Positions 28,790 through 43,658 of a stretch of DNA of 64,000 nt are shown here, piece after piece (positions within the stretch are counted from its first letter, which is position 1; each line of letters starts with the position of its first letter). The notes beneath the pieces were generated by a model. That model had not been told where the DNA came from and searched no databases. It worked only from the letters and a program-made list of their open reading frames with translations. Made by a program: the position numbers and the translations under genes. The DNA is from a virus. Lineage: Duplodnaviria; Heunggongvirae; Uroviricota; Caudoviricetes. The stretch is taken from the IMG/VR virus record IMGVR_UViG_2627853701_000009. One strand, written 5' to 3'.

Positions 28790-31440
28790 CGCCTGCCTCC
28801 GGAAAAGACGCCGCCATCACGCATCTGCGCCTGAATCTCATCCTGCGCCCCCTTGCGGGCCATGTCATACACCGCCTTCATCAGCTGCGGCCCCGCCTGT
28901 CCGTTGGAGCCGTCGTTCTGAATCACCACGTGATTGTTCTGATTAAAATTAATGCCTTCCGTCCGCCGCATCTGCGCCGGACTTCCGGCACCACCCACAT
29001 AACCACCTTCCGCATAGCCGCGCATCAGACGGTAAAGATTCCCCACACCTATCCGGCTGGTTGCCTCTTTCGTGAAAACAAACTCCCCGCGGTGAACTAT
29101 CCCCGCAGGCTCATATTTGCCGCCCGTCCCCGTAAATCCTCCGGTCGCGAAATGGAAGTTCGCCGCCGCAGCCTGAATGGCCGTCCCCGAGGAAGCAGAT
29201 GCACCACCACCGAAAGCACCGCCAATGGCGCTGCCGATACGCCCGACAATGCCCACCATGGCCTGTTTAAGCAGGATTTCTGTCATCATGGACAGCACCG
29301 AACGGGTGAATCCCCGCCAGTCTGCCTCTGCACCGGTCAGCATCGCCGCCATATTCTGTGCAATACCGTCAAAGGTCTGCGTGGCAGCACTTTTAACCTG
29401 CGAAAAACTGTCCGTCGCACTTTCCGCCCACTCGCCCCAGCCGGACTTCAGCCCGGCCATCCAGCTTCCACGAAGCTGCTCCTCCGCAGACCTGGTGTTC
29501 TTCAGTGCCGATGTGGCCTTCGCCAGCGCAGCCGGATTATCACCGTACACGTCCCGAAGACGCTGCGCTTCAGACTCCCGCTGCGCCTGACGGTCAGTGA
29601 GACCGCGGGCTTTTGCGCTGATGGCGGCCTGCTTCGCGCTCTGCTGCTCTTCAAACCGCACCGCCTGCTGTGCCAGCTCATTCAGGCGTTTCTGGTATTC
29701 AACCTTGTCGCCCAGCTCAGCCAGCTGGCGTTTGTACTCCAGCGTCTCGTCTTTATGCGCCAGCAGGGATTTTTCCTGCTCAGATAACTGCCGTTTCGTG
29801 GCAGCCTCTTTCAGGACCGCATACTGATTTTCCGCTTTCCATAAATCACGGCGCTGCCGGCTGATTTTCTCATTCGCACCGCTGTGTTTTTCCAGCGTCC
29901 TGAGCTCAGCTTCAAGGGCAAGCAGAGCCTCTCTTGCCTGCTCCTCTTCCCTCTCCCCGGCAGAGCGCGTTTTCGGTGATGTATGCTTTTTACCTGTCAG
30001 CTCTTCAGCCAGACGGCTGACGGCTTCCTGCTGCCCCGGACCTTTGCTGACGCCTGTTGCACGCGAGCGGTTGATGTACCCCATTTCCCCCTGGCGTATA
30101 CGCGCATCCCGTTCCGCAATGGATTTTCTCAGCGCCAGTTCATCGCGTTTTGTTTTCTCAATAAATACGCGGTTCTCTTCTGCCAGTTCACCAAACAACG
30201 CACCAACGCCGGGCACATTCTTTGTCGTTTCCCAGGCTGACTGAATAAATTCAGCCAGCGCCAGATCCCCCTGCACAAGCAGCAGCTTCACCTGTTCAAC
30301 GGTTCCTGCCACCACGTCAGTGATCAGACTGAGTGCCCCCAGTGTATGATCACCTATCCATGCCCATGCGTCAGAAGTCCAGGTTTTAACATCGTCCCAG
30401 ATTTTTTCCACCGGCGTGGCCGCTTTATCAAGTTGCTCCAGACGTGCATTCATGACATCCGCAAACAGGGACATCGCCTCCGTCACCGCAGCCTGTTTAC
30501 CTTTCGTGCGCTCAAGCTCATCAATATGGCGTAACTGGGAAACGCTCAGGAAGTTATACTGCTGATTCAGGGAGGCCAGCGCCTTCACCGGATCTGCTGC
30601 AATCCCTTCAAAGGCTTTTTCCACCTTCCCGGCATCGTCCCCCACCGTCTGCAGCCATCTCTGAGAGGTTTCCCCCATGATCCGTAGCTGCCCGGCGGTA
30701 TATTTCCCGCTTTCTGCCAGACGGGCCAGATTTTCTGCCGCCTGTCTGATACCACCACCGGCTTCATCGCTGATCACCCCGGCCATTTTCCACAATTCTG
30801 CCGTTGTGGTGGCAGCAGCCCCTCCGGTCAGGGTCAGTGAACGCAATAAGGCCCGGTCAGCCTGCTCTGCCTGCCAGGCGGCGGCAGCAAGCGCGGCCAG
30901 TACGGCAACCCCGCCACCTGCCGCCACACGGGCCACCGACATAAATCGTCCCAGCTCACCGGCATTCCGGGCATTTTCAGCCAGTGCATTTGCCGTATCT
31001 GACAGCGACTCCTCTGATGATTCAGAGGCATCCCTGATCCCGAGAAGTTCCTCCTTCAGCAGGGTAAGCAGGCTGAGCGGTCCACCGAATGAATCGCTGA
31101 TCTGCCCCCCCTGCTGCAGCATGATAAGGAAGGGATTCTGACCACCGGCAAGCTGAGTGACAATATCCGTGAACTGTGCGGGCAGTGTGCGCATGGCAGC
31201 CTTATACTGTCCGACTGATATCCCGGCTTTTTGTGCAGCCAGCGCCTGTCGGCTCAGACTCTGCTCAGCAGCATCAGCCTGTTTTCTGAAAGACTGACTG
31301 ACTTTCCCGGACATCAAATCAGCAAGCGCACTGGTTTCACCCAGCTCTTTTTTTACCCGCGCTGCCTCTTCAGAAAAACGGGCAGAATCCAGTGTCAGCA
31401 CGGCTGTCAGATCGGCAAAATTACCTGCCATCGTGGTCAC
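28786..31440 (-). CDS. H: Tape measure protein H (copy B)
   Basis: 884 aa, near-identical to copy A. Confidence 0.9.
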   Translation of the reverse strand: MTTMAGNFADLTAVLTLDSARFSEEAARVKKELGETSALADLMSGKVSQSFRKQADAAEQSLSRQALAAQKAGISVGQYKAAMRTLPAQFTDIVTQLAGGQNPFLIMLQQGGQISDSFGGPLSLLTLLKEELLGIRDASESSEESLSDTANALAENARNAGELGRFMSVARVAAGGGVAVLAALAAAAWQAEQADRALLRSLTLTGGAAATTTAELWKMAGVISDEAGGGIRQAAENLARLAESGKYTAGQLRIMGETSQRWLQTVGDDAGKVEKAFEGIAADPVKALASLNQQYNFLSVSQLRHIDELERTKGKQAAVTEAMSLFADVMNARLEQLDKAATPVEKIWDDVKTWTSDAWAWIGDHTLGALSLITDVVAGTVEQVKLLLVQGDLALAEFIQSAWETTKNVPGVGALFGELAEENRVFIEKTKRDELALRKSIAERDARIRQGEMGYINRSRATGVSKGPGQQEAVSRLAEELTGKKHTSPKTRSAGEREEEQAREALLALEAELRTLEKHSGANEKISRQRRDLWKAENQYAVLKEAATKRQLSEQEKSLLAHKDETLEYKRQLAELGDKVEYQKRLNELAQQAVRFEEQQSAKQAAISAKARGLTDRQAQRESEAQRLRDVYGDNPAALAKATSALKNTRSAEEQLRGSWMAGLKSGWGEWAESATDSFSQVKSAATQTFDGIAQNMAAMLTGAEADWRGFTRSVLSMMTEILLKQAMVGIVGRIGSAIGGAFGGGASASSGTAIQAAAANFHFATGGFTGTGGKYEPAGIVHRGEFVFTKEATSRIGVGNLYRLMRGYAEGGYVGGAGSPAQMRRTEGINFNQNNHVVIQNDGSNGQAGPQLMKAVYDMARKGAQDEIQAQMRDGGVFSGGRR

Positions 31441-31474
31441 CTCCTGAAATGTCCTCTGATACCATCAATAACTG

Positions 31475-31835
31475 TCACAACCTCCTTCCCTCCTCCCCGA
31501 AACGGACTCCACCGGCGAGGCCCGCCGCCTTCTGCATCAGTACATCATTTTCGTCCGGCGTCTCCGCCTGTCCTTCCTCTGCCTCCGGAGCGAACAGGCT
31601 GAAATCCGCCGGATGCATATCCGGATCGCAAAAAAACAGGCTGAGTACGGCGTACATCAGCCCGGAAAAATGCATATCCAGCTGGGTATCCTGAAAATAA
31701 TGCGTGCAGTAAAAACGTCGCCAGTCGGCATATTCGGTGGATGTCATCCCGGCAAGCATGGCGCGCCAGTCGGCTCTCTCCATCTCACGCGCCAGTTTCA
31801 GGACAAAGTTCAGCTCGCCTTCGAATGCTTTTTTG
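31475..31835 (-). CDS. T: T portion of G-T via -1 frameshift (copy B); slippery site rc of 31828-31834
   Basis: Same A_AAA_AAG heptamer and overlapping frame as copy A. Confidence 0.75.
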
Positions 31836-32232
31836 ATGTTACCGGCTCAGTCGCTTCTGTTTTCCCGGTTGGTTCAGGATCGGCATCGTGCCGGTTATCC
31901 AGCATACCTGAAAGATAAAGCACCCGGTTCGTTGCCTGATTCAGTGCATCAGCAGGCCATCCCAGCATCACTTCACGGCGGATCTGCTGCATCTCTGTCT
32001 CCGGAGAGGCCAGAGTGCCTTTGAGGGAATGGGAATGCCATAGCGACATCGCCACAAGCAGGGATGCCGTTTCCAGATATCGCTGGTTAATGTGCACGAC
32101 ATCATGCTTCGTTGTCTCCTGTTGTTCTGCGTCTGAAACAAACTTTATATAATCAAACCGCTGCAGCGCAGACAATTCGGAAAGCGTGACGGACACACCG
32201 TTATATTCAAATTGTTCTGTTTTCAGAAACAT
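31810..32232 (-). CDS. G: Tail assembly chaperone G (copy B)
   Basis: 140 aa. Confidence 0.85.
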   Translation of the reverse strand: MFLKTEQFEYNGVSVTLSELSALQRFDYIKFVSDAEQQETTKHDVVHINQRYLETASLLVAMSLWHSHSLKGTLASPETEMQQIRREVMLGWPADALNQATNRVLYLSGMLDNRHDADPEPTGKTEATEPVTSKKHSKAS

Positions 32233-32245
32233 GTATTACCTCCGT

Positions 32246-32998
32246 TTACCCTGCAGCGCCCGCTTCAGTAACGGTGACTTCAGCCACTGCGGCGAACTGA
32301 CCATTTCCGCTCACCACAGGGATCTGCACCTTACCTGTCGCCACGCCGTTTACCGTAATTGTCATATCTTTCACACTAATGGTGGCTTTCGACGGATCGG
32401 CGGAAACCGCTCTGAACGTCTTGTCGGTTGCACTTTCCGGCTCAAAAGAAACCGTCAGGGTGGTTGTTTTCCCTTTTGCCACCGTACCGGATGTCGGTGT
32501 CACCTTAATTGCAGTGGCCGGCGTAATTTCGCTGCGTTCTTCCGCCACGGAAGGTTTGCCCACGTTAGTGACTTTCACCGTGCGGGTGATCACTTCTTTC
32601 GCCGTCACGGCCTTACCGATACTGCTGACCCAGCCACGGAACACATCCACCGTGCCATTTGGGAAACGGATTTTATAGGCCCGCACATCCCCGCTTTCAA
32701 ACCAGCCTATAAGCCCTTTCTGACCTTCTTCTCCCGGTTTCCAGGCCAGCGTAAAACTGGTATCTCCTGCAGACTTCTGCCCCTGCCCGGTCGCGGTCCA
32801 GTCCGCGTCTTCATCATCCAGGTAGTTATCATCGTAGGGTTCTGCCGTCATCTCGCCCGGCGTCAGATCCTTCACCTTAGCCAGTCGCTGCCAGTCATCG
32901 TCTGACAACGGGTTTGCATAAGCATCACCCTTGCCGTTGTAAACCCACAGAGTGGTACCGGCACCTTTTACCGGCTCAAGGGGATTTGGTGTTGCCAT
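32246..32998 (-). CDS. V: Major tail protein V (copy B)
   Basis: 250 aa identical to copy A. Confidence 0.9.
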   Translation of the reverse strand: MATPNPLEPVKGAGTTLWVYNGKGDAYANPLSDDDWQRLAKVKDLTPGEMTAEPYDDNYLDDEDADWTATGQGQKSAGDTSFTLAWKPGEEGQKGLIGWFESGDVRAYKIRFPNGTVDVFRGWVSSIGKAVTAKEVITRTVKVTNVGKPSVAEERSEITPATAIKVTPTSGTVAKGKTTTLTVSFEPESATDKTFRAVSADPSKATISVKDMTITVNGVATGKVQIPVVSGNGQFAAVAEVTVTEAGAAG

Positions 32999-33005
32999 AT
33001 CGTCC

Positions 33006-33401
33006 TCACATCTCGTATGTAATGGAATAAGTCAGATCCGCAGAACTCCATAACGCCATATCGTCATCACGACGATACTCATAGCCCTGCGTAACCATCG
33101 TCGTAATCAGGTCTGCCAGTGCCGGGATCGCAGTCACCGCCGGATAAATCCGGCTTTCCATCCACTGATCAAGCTCCGAATCCGGTACCTGTGCCGGTAA
33201 AAACACCTCAATATGCAGTGTGGCCCGCCAGGTATCTGCATCCAGCTCTTCACCGGTATACTCTGCATCCGTCAGATAAACCGCGACGGCCGGAAAATCC
33301 TCTTCGTCAAAAACAACGGGGCGACCATCAAACAGCGTCGCCCCGTGTTCATGCAGCTCCAGTGCATCCAGCACTGCCGCACGGATATCAGTATGTTTCA
33401 T
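33006..33401 (-). CDS. U: Tail terminator U (lambda-like allele)
   Basis: 131 aa, [28 protein letters not shown]..., close to lambda U. Confidence 0.9.
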   Translation of the reverse strand: MKHTDIRAAVLDALELHEHGATLFDGRPVVFDEEDFPAVAVYLTDAEYTGEELDADTWRATLHIEVFLPAQVPDSELDQWMESRIYPAVTAIPALADLITTMVTQGYEYRRDDDMALWSSADLTYSITYEM

Positions 33402-33931
33402 CGTTTTATCGCAATCCTAAGTTGTTGTTTCAGCGCGTATGCCAGTTCTCCGGGCAGACGTTCACGCCGGATACGGTCAATATTCTCATCAAACGCCTGT
33501 TTCAGTGGGGCCGCCATCGGGATTTTCACCACATCAATGGGGTAACGGTTTTTCCCGGCCACACGCTGCATGACATGCCAGCGACCATTTTTTAATCGCT
33601 GGATAAATGCCCGCTGATACCGATGCTGACCAGCTTTAAGTATGCTGTCCGGACGACGGCCCAGCATCCTGATCCCCAGCTTAATCACAGGGAGATCACC
33701 GCGTTTAACGATAATTCTGGCATTCGGATTTCTGACCGTGGCCCGTTTCAGTCTGGACCGTTCCTTTACCAGTTTCCGGCGTACCTTTGTCTCCCGGGCA
33801 ACCTGTGATGAAGACTGATTAATCGCCGTTGTGGCCACGCGGTTAATGGCCATTGCTGAAGCCGCCGGAATGGCGTTTTTACGAACCCGGCTCAGATTTT
33901 CAATCGCCTGATCAAGCCCTTTTATCGCCAT
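33398..33931 (-). CDS. Z: Tail completion protein Z
   Basis: 177 aa, MAIKGLDQAIENLSRVRKNAIPAASAMAINRVA..., lambda Z-like. Confidence 0.85.
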   Translation of the reverse strand: MAIKGLDQAIENLSRVRKNAIPAASAMAINRVATTAINQSSSQVARETKVRRKLVKERSRLKRATVRNPNARIIVKRGDLPVIKLGIRMLGRRPDSILKAGQHRYQRAFIQRLKNGRWHVMQRVAGKNRYPIDVVKIPMAAPLKQAFDENIDRIRRERLPGELAYALKQQLRIAIKR

Positions 33932-33945
33932 AATTCACCCTGCGT

Positions 33946-34299
33946 TTATCGTCGCCGGTTAACTGCCGGTGGTTGCCCACGGTTGAGCCAGAGATAACAA
34001 CTCCCTCCGTCATCCGGAGAAACACGGTCCACCCAGAACATCTCGCCGTTAATGGTCAGCGTGTCACCACGCCGCAGTTGCCGCACATCATCAGTCCGGA
34101 CAAACAGGGACGGGCTGGAGCCTTCAACGCGCACGCCCTGTCCGGCATAGCTGATATTTTCAGGGTCATCAAAAACACCACGTATTACTGCGCCGGACCG
34201 CTCACCGGATGTCATGGTGGCTGACGTTCCCATGTACCCGCGTATCGTTTCATCGGCGCGGGCAATGGCAGCATCGAACAGGTTATCGAAATCAGCCAC
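33946..34299 (-). CDS. FII: Head-tail joining protein FII
   Basis: 117 aa, MADFDNLFDAAIARADETIRGYMGTSA..., near-identical to lambda FII. Confidence 0.9.
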   Translation of the reverse strand: MADFDNLFDAAIARADETIRGYMGTSATMTSGERSGAVIRGVFDDPENISYAGQGVRVEGSSPSLFVRTDDVRQLRRGDTLTINGEMFWVDRVSPDDGGSCYLWLNRGQPPAVNRRR

Positions 34300-34310
34300 A
34301 GCGCCTCCCG

Positions 34311-34709
34311 TTATTGCATTCTGGCCAGGCCGCGCTCTGTCATTTCGGCTGCCACACCGGCAGAGACACGAAACGCCGTTCCCGGCAGCACAAATGCCAC
34401 AGGTTCATCCCGCGTGACGTGAAGTGCATCAGTATGCAGCTTCACCAGTGCCACGACCGTGACCAGTTCAGACGTATCCAGAATCACGGTATCCGGCTGC
34501 GCTGATCCCACCTCATTTTCATGTCCGGTCAGCACATTTTCCCGGCTGAGAGGGGTGTCCTGACCGGCAGTTTCATCCGTGTCATCAAGCTCCTCTTCCA
34601 GCTCTGCCACACGGAGCGCCAGTTCTTCTTTCGTCCCCGTCAGGCTGACATCACGGTTCAGTTGTTCACCCAGCGAGCGGAGACGGGCAATCAGTTCATC
34701 TTTCGTCAT
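34311..34709 (-). CDS. FI: DNA packaging protein FI
   Basis: MTKDELIARLRSLGEQLNRDVSLTGTKEEL..., lambda FI. Confidence 0.85.
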   Translation of the reverse strand: MTKDELIARLRSLGEQLNRDVSLTGTKEELALRVAELEEELDDTDETAGQDTPLSRENVLTGHENEVGSAQPDTVILDTSELVTVVALVKLHTDALHVTRDEPVAFVLPGTAFRVSAGVAAEMTERGLARMQ

Positions 34710-34750
34710 GGACTCCTCCACAGAAAAACAATGGCCCCGAAGGGCCATGA

Positions 34751-35776
34751 TTACGCCAGTTGTACGGACACGAACTCATCAGGGTCAGCCAGCAGCATCA
34801 GCGGTGCTGACTGAATCATGGTGAACTCACGCGCCGGATCGCCGGTGGTCACCCAGTTTTTCGGGTAACGGGCAGAGGCGTTAATGCCTTCGCGCTGTGC
34901 GTCCGCATCCTGAATGCAGCCATAGGTACGCAGACCGCGTGCCTGAGTGTTCCCCAGCACCATCGTGTTGTCCGGCAGGAAGTTCTTTTTGACGCCGTTT
35001 TCCACGTACTGTCCGGAATACACGACGATGGCCACATCGCCATACATTCCCTTATAAGACACCGCTTTGCCCAGGTCTTTTACCGCTGTCTCCAGTTCGG
35101 AATGAGAGCCGCGACGGGTATCCAGCTTCTCCCTGACGGCTTTGAAGGAACGGAACAGCGCCCAGCCTTTCGGGTCAAACACGATGATATTCACCACGCC
35201 GCTGGCGTTCAGCGCGTAGGCTTCGATATCGTCGGTCGGGTCATACGTGGACTTGTCACGCTTGCTCCACTCCGTGCCGCCGGACTGCGTGATGTTGTTC
35301 GCCGCACTGCGGCCCATATCCACCTCAACCGGATCGAAGGCTTCACCGGTCATGGTGTATTTGCCCTTGAGCACGGCAGAAACTGCCTGCATCTCTTCGA
35401 CCTGAGCAATGGCCAGCTCTTCGTCACGCATGTTCTGCATGATGATGCGACGGCGGCGGTAAGCCGGGTCCGCCAGATTCTGCGGATCTTCATCCGGCAG
35501 GCGACGCAGGGTCATCTGCGGATTCACTTCATGCTTCGGCTTGACATATCCCGGCGTAAATTCAGAGGTGGAGCCGCCACGGGAACGGATAACCTCACCA
35601 GAAACAATCGGCGAAACGTACAGCGCCATGTTTACCAGTCCCGGAATTTGTGAGAGATAGACTTTCTCCGTGGTGAAGGGATAGCTCTCACGGAAAAAGA
35701 GACGCAGAAACAGCGGATCAAACTTAAATTTCTGCTCATTTGCCGCCAGCAGTTGGGCGGTTGTGTACATCGACAT
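34751..35776 (-). CDS. E: Major capsid protein E
   Basis: 341 aa from MSMYTTAQLLAANEQKF..., lambda E. Confidence 0.9.
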   Translation of the reverse strand: MSMYTTAQLLAANEQKFKFDPLFLRLFFRESYPFTTEKVYLSQIPGLVNMALYVSPIVSGEVIRSRGGSTSEFTPGYVKPKHEVNPQMTLRRLPDEDPQNLADPAYRRRRIIMQNMRDEELAIAQVEEMQAVSAVLKGKYTMTGEAFDPVEVDMGRSAANNITQSGGTEWSKRDKSTYDPTDDIEAYALNASGVVNIIVFDPKGWALFRSFKAVREKLDTRRGSHSELETAVKDLGKAVSYKGMYGDVAIVVYSGQYVENGVKKNFLPDNTMVLGNTQARGLRTYGCIQDADAQREGINASARYPKNWVTTGDPAREFTMIQSAPLMLLADPDEFVSVQLA

Positions 35777-35831
35777 AAAAAAATCCCGTAAAAAAAGCCG
35801 CACAGGCGGCCTTTAGTGATGAAGGGTCAGG

Positions 35832-36164
35832 TTAAACGATGCTGATTGCCGTTCCGGCAAACGCGGTCCGTTTTTTCGTCTCGTCGCTGGCAGCCTCCGG
35901 CCAGAGCACATCCTCATAACGGAACGTGCCGGACTTGTAGAACGTCAGCGTGGTGCTGGTCTGGTCAGCAGCAACCGCAAGAATGCCAACGGCAGCACCG
36001 TCGGTGGTGCCATCCCACGCAACCAGCTTACGGCTGGAGGTGTCCAGCATCAGCGGGGTCATTGCAGGCGCTTTCGCACTCAATCCGCCGGGCGCGGTTG
36101 CGGTATGAGCCGGGTCACTGTTGCCCAGCGGCTGGTAATGGGTAAAGGTTTCTTTGCTCGTCAT
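35832..36164 (-). CDS. D: Capsid decoration protein D
   Basis: [31 protein letters not shown]..., lambda D. Confidence 0.9.
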   Translation of the reverse strand: MTSKETFTHYQPLGNSDPAHTATAPGGLSAKAPAMTPLMLDTSSRKLVAWDGTTDGAAVGILAVAADQTSTTLTFYKSGTFRYEDVLWPEAASDETKKRTAFAGTAISIV

Positions 36165-36173
36165 AAACATCCC

Positions 36174-37473
36174 TTACACTGGTGTGTTCAGCAAATCGTT
36201 AACGGCATCAGATGCCGGGTTACCTGCAGCCAGCGGTGCCGGTGCCCCCTGCATCAGACGATCCAGCGCAGTATCACTGCGCGCCTGTGCACTCTGTGGT
36301 GCTGCGGCCAGAATGCGGCGGGCCGTTTCCACGGTCATACCGGGGGTTTCTGCCAGCACGCGGGCCTGTTCTTCGCGTCCGTGAGCCTCCTCACAGTTGA
36401 GGATCCCCATAATGCGGCTGTTTTCTGCCGCAACCGCAGCGGTGATCTGCGCGTTCACGTCCGGCTGCGCCGCGCTGGCGTTTTCGCCCTCCGTCGCTGG
36501 CACCACGCCAGTAACGTCAGCCTGCGAAGCAGTGGCTGAAACAGTTGTTGATTGAGTCTCTTTGGTCATTCGCCCTCCTGAGAGACGGGATTTACGTGCA
36601 TCCAGTGCATCACGCATAACGGTGATCGCATCGGTGCTGTTGACAAGTTCATCAGCCAGTCCGGCATCAATGGCCTCCTGACCGCTGTACACTGCAGCCT
36701 CGGTATCCAGCACAGCCTGCACGGACAGGCCGGTATATGCCGACACCTTCTGCGCAAACATCCGGCGGGTTGCATCCATCCGGGACTGCAGTGTTTCCCG
36801 GACATCACCCGGTAGATGGCTGTAGGGGTTGCCATCCACCTTATGGCTGCCGCTGTAAATCAGCGTGATTTCCACGCCCTGTTTCTCCAGGGCAGCACCG
36901 TAATTACTGTGAGCCATCATGACGCCGATGGAGCCTGTCCGGGCGGTCTGCGTGACCAGACGCCGGGAGGCGGCGCTGGCAAGCAGCTGACCTGCACTGC
37001 AGTTCATGTCGTTGGCCAGCGCCCATACCGGTTTTATGTCTCGCACACGGGCGATGATGTCAGCACAGTCAAATGCTCCCGCCACCATCCCGCCCGGTGT
37101 GTCCATATCGAGCAGAATGCCGTCCACCATCGGATCGCTGGCAGCCTGTTGCAGACGGGCGATAATGCCGTTGTAACCGGTCATTCCCGAATACGGCTGC
37201 AGCGCCCGCGTCCGGCTGACCAGCGTACCGGACACCGGCAGCACGGCGATGCCGTTCATGACCTGATAACTCCGGGCCTGTCGTGGTCCGTCATCATCAC
37301 CGGATAACGCCAGCGCCGCGGGTGCCTCTCCGGCAGTCAGGCTGTCGCCGGATACTGCATCCGTCAGGCGGCTGATCCCAAGCTGGCCTGCAAGCGCACA
37401 AAAGAAAACCCGCGCATAGGCGGGTTCAAGCATCAGCGGCTCATTAAAAGCCATGCTGGCAATATGCGGGAGA

Positions 37474-37493
<20 letters not shown>
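36174..37493 (-). CDS. C: Head maturation protease/scaffold C (GTG start; Nu3-like scaffold expected nested in-frame)
   Basis: VTAELRNLPHIASMAFNEPLMLEPAYARVFF..., lambda C; ClpP-like protease motifs. Confidence 0.85.
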
Positions 37494-41174
<3,681 letters not shown>

Positions 41175-41200
<26 letters not shown>

Positions 41201-41720
41201 TCAGCAACCCCGGTATCAGTTCATCCAGCGCGGCTGCTTTGTTCATGGCTTTGATAATATCCCGTTTCAGGAAATCAACATGTCGGTTTTCCAGTTCCGG
41301 AAAACGCCGCTGTACTGAGAGAGGGATCCCGTCAAGAATACTGGCAATTTCACCTGCGATCCGTGACAGCACGAAAGTACAGAATGCGGTTTCCACCACT
41401 TCTGCGGAGTCTCTGGCATTCTTCAGCTCCTGGGCGTCAGCCTGCGCACGCGTAAGTCGATGGCGTTCGTACTCAATAGTCCCAGGCTGGAGATCTGCCT
41501 CGCTGGCAGCCCTGTAATCCTCAACCTCTTTACGGAGTTTTTCATTTTCGATATCAGCTTCCCTCTGCGCATACCACTGAATTGCCGTGGCGGTATCAAA
41601 TACAGATTCAACGCCCTTACCACCTCCGGAGACGCAAGGGAGCCCCTGAGACTGCCAGCGTTCAATCGTTCGCGGATCCACGTTGAAAATTTCGGCAAGT
41701 TTCTTTTTATTAACCTTCAT
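41175..41720 (-). CDS. Nu1: Terminase small subunit Nu1
   Basis: 181 aa, [28 protein letters not shown]..., lambda Nu1. Confidence 0.9.
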
Positions 41721-41739
41721 GAAACAGTCTCACAACAAA

Positions 41740-41910
41740 TACAGGGTCCGACATGAAAGTGCCCGAAAATGACTTTTTCAGGCGTTTTCATGTCGGACCT
41801 TTACGGATTCGATATTAGAAAAAACAAATAGTTATGTTCGAGAAGTACCGACATGATTTTCCCCGGAAAATTTTCATAAATAGCGAAAACCCGCGAGGTC
41901 GCCGCCCCGT
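41740..41910 (-). promoter_or_regulatory. cos: cos site: cosN 12-nt cohesive end (rc of 41896-41907 is GGGCGGCGACCT) and cosB with inverted Nu1-binding R-like repeats
   Basis: rc of 41881-41910 reads GGGCGGCGACCTCGCGGGTTTTCGCTA as in lambda cosN; GGGTCCGACATGAAA / TTTCATGTCGGACC inverted pair at 41743-41805. Confidence 0.85.
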
Positions 41911-42106
41911 AACCGGTCGGATCGCCGGAAAGGACCCGCAAAATGATAATAATTATCATCTACATGTCACAACGTGCATCTACGCCATCAAACCACGTCA
42001 AATAATCAATTATGACGCAGGTATCGTATTAATTGATCTGCATCAAATTAACGTAAAAGCAACTTCAGATAATACAAATCAGCAACACTGAATATGGGGC
42101 AACATT

Positions 42107-42331
42107 ATGTCATCAAAGAACAGAACCCGCAGAACAACAACCCGCAACATCCGATTTCCAAACCAGATGATTGAACAAATTAACATCGCTCTTGATCTGA
42201 AAGGTTCAGGAAATTTTTCAGCGTGGGTTATTGAAGCCTGCAGAAGAAGATTAATTAATGAAAAATATTCTCAATTTGTACCCAACAAAGACAAACACGA
42301 CCAGAGAACCTGTTCAGACAGGTTTACTTAA
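42107..42331 (+). CDS. Small ribbon-helix-helix-like protein (YlcI/DUF3950-like)
   Basis: MSSKNRTRRTTTRNIRFPNQMIEQINIALDLKGSGNFSAWVIEACRRRL; resembles DLP12 YlcI from memory. Confidence 0.6.
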   Translation: MSSKNRTRRTTTRNIRFPNQMIEQINIALDLKGSGNFSAWVIEACRRRLINEKYSQFVPNKDKHDQRTCSDRFT

Positions 42332-42412
42332 ACGACTTATATATGACACAAAAAGCGACCACTAAAGTCGCTTTTTCTTATGGTAACAGGCAATAACGCT
42401 CTCAGATATTTT

Positions 42413-42727
42413 TTAGCATTTTTTTGACCGCGCGTTTCCGGACGTATTCTGTTCTCCTGTCCCTTTATATCGTCGGAATACCCGCCGCTCTTCAAATCCC
42501 ATTCCCAACTCAGAATGTAGTCTGTTGACCGCTTGTTTTATTTCGGTCAGGTTCACCGGTGAAACCGGAGTCCGGCGCGCCTTACGCAAACACTCTGCTC
42601 GTTTCTGTGCCGCCACTTTTCTTTTCTGGTCATCACTTAGCTGTACCATCACTTTTGCCCATCGTTCAGCTGCTCTCCGGTACAGTCCTTTTTTCTCCAG
42701 ACATTCTGCCAGGTGATCATGTAGCAT
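42413..42727 (-). CDS. pch: PerC-family transcriptional regulator (Pch-type activator of LEE expression)
   Basis: 104 aa, GLYRRAAERWAKVM core resembling PerC/Pch; AT-rich flanks. Confidence 0.75.
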   Translation of the reverse strand: MLHDHLAECLEKKGLYRRAAERWAKVMVQLSDDQKRKVAAQKRAECLRKARRTPVSPVNLTEIKQAVNRLHSELGMGFEERRVFRRYKGTGEQNTSGNARSKKC

Positions 42728-43190
42728 AAGTAACCTCCGTTTATCTACAGACTGCCATCCTGAATTTACCGTCCTTAATAAGACAACAATAAAAAACTAA
42801 TTATATAAAAACAATAAAAATAATATACAAAAAAACTAAACAACAAAGAAAAGCAAATCATATCTGGCATTTTAATTGAAAGAGCAATTACCGAACAAAA
42901 GACGCTGACTATATACTCAAAACCAAACAACAATTCTGCCAATCAGGTATCATGGCAACACACGGAATTACCATGTTTTTGCCTTCTCTGCCCATACAAT
43001 ACGGGCATATACTTCATACTCTATTGTAATATTTCTATCCATGTGCCCCACTCCATTTACCTGTAAATAATATTCAAAATATTTATCACAGAAATCGTTT
43101 TTGGCCATGAACTGAGCACACTATAAAGTCCGGAACTGACTCTTTGTTAAATTACCTTAACGTTACCAGTAACACCTTCATAACAAAACA

Positions 43191-43658
43191 TCACGGTATA
43201 CACTGGGTACGGATATATTCCTGTGCTCCTTCCAGTTGCTTCTGCATTGCCATCAGCCGTTCTCTGAGGATGAAATAATCCCGTTCAGCGGCTTCTGCCA
43301 GTCGGGGACCGGTTGCATTATCCACGCCGGAGGTGATGGGGGCTTTACGCAAGGAGCCTGGACAGTTGGCGTTGATGCGCAGGCGCTTACGACCAGCGGC
43401 AACATCAGCACGCAGAGTTTCATTTTCAGCTCTCGCATCGGCTAACTCCCTCGAGTATTTTGCATCGAGCGCAGCAACATCACGCTGGCGCACCTGCATG
43501 TCAGTAATGGTGGCATTCGCCTGTTCCAGCTCTCTGGCTTTTTTATCGCGCTGCGCTTTGTAGGTGAGCGCGTTGTCACGGTAATGGTTTGTTGCCAGCC
43601 ACAGCGCACCATAGCCAACCGCCAGGACAATAATCACCACACACAGAACACGGTTCAT
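43191..43658 (-). CDS. Rz: i-spanin Rz
   Basis: 155 aa, N-terminal [38 protein letters not shown]..., lambda Rz-like. Confidence 0.9.
   Translation of the reverse strand: MNRVLCVVIIVLAVGYGALWLATNHYRDNALTYKAQRDKKARELEQANATITDMQVRQRDVAALDAKYSRELADARAENETLRADVAAGRKRLRINANCPGSLRKAPITSGVDNATGPRLAEAAERDYFILRERLMAMQKQLEGAQEYIRTQCIP
43253..43438 (-). CDS. Rz1: o-spanin Rz1 lipoprotein embedded in Rz in alternate frame
   Basis: 61 aa, lipobox LVVSAC, proline-rich [25 protein letters not shown], lambda Rz1-like. Confidence 0.85.
   Translation of the reverse strand: MRELKMKLCVLMLPLVVSACASTPTVQAPCVKPPSPPAWIMQPVPDWQKPLNGIISSSENG

Larger units (their letters stand above)
20875..33017 (-). repeat. Direct repeat copy B of lambda-like tail module (about 12.1 kb)
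   Basis: Same as copy A; shorter because of a 621-bp in-frame deletion in J plus small indels. Confidence 0.9.
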
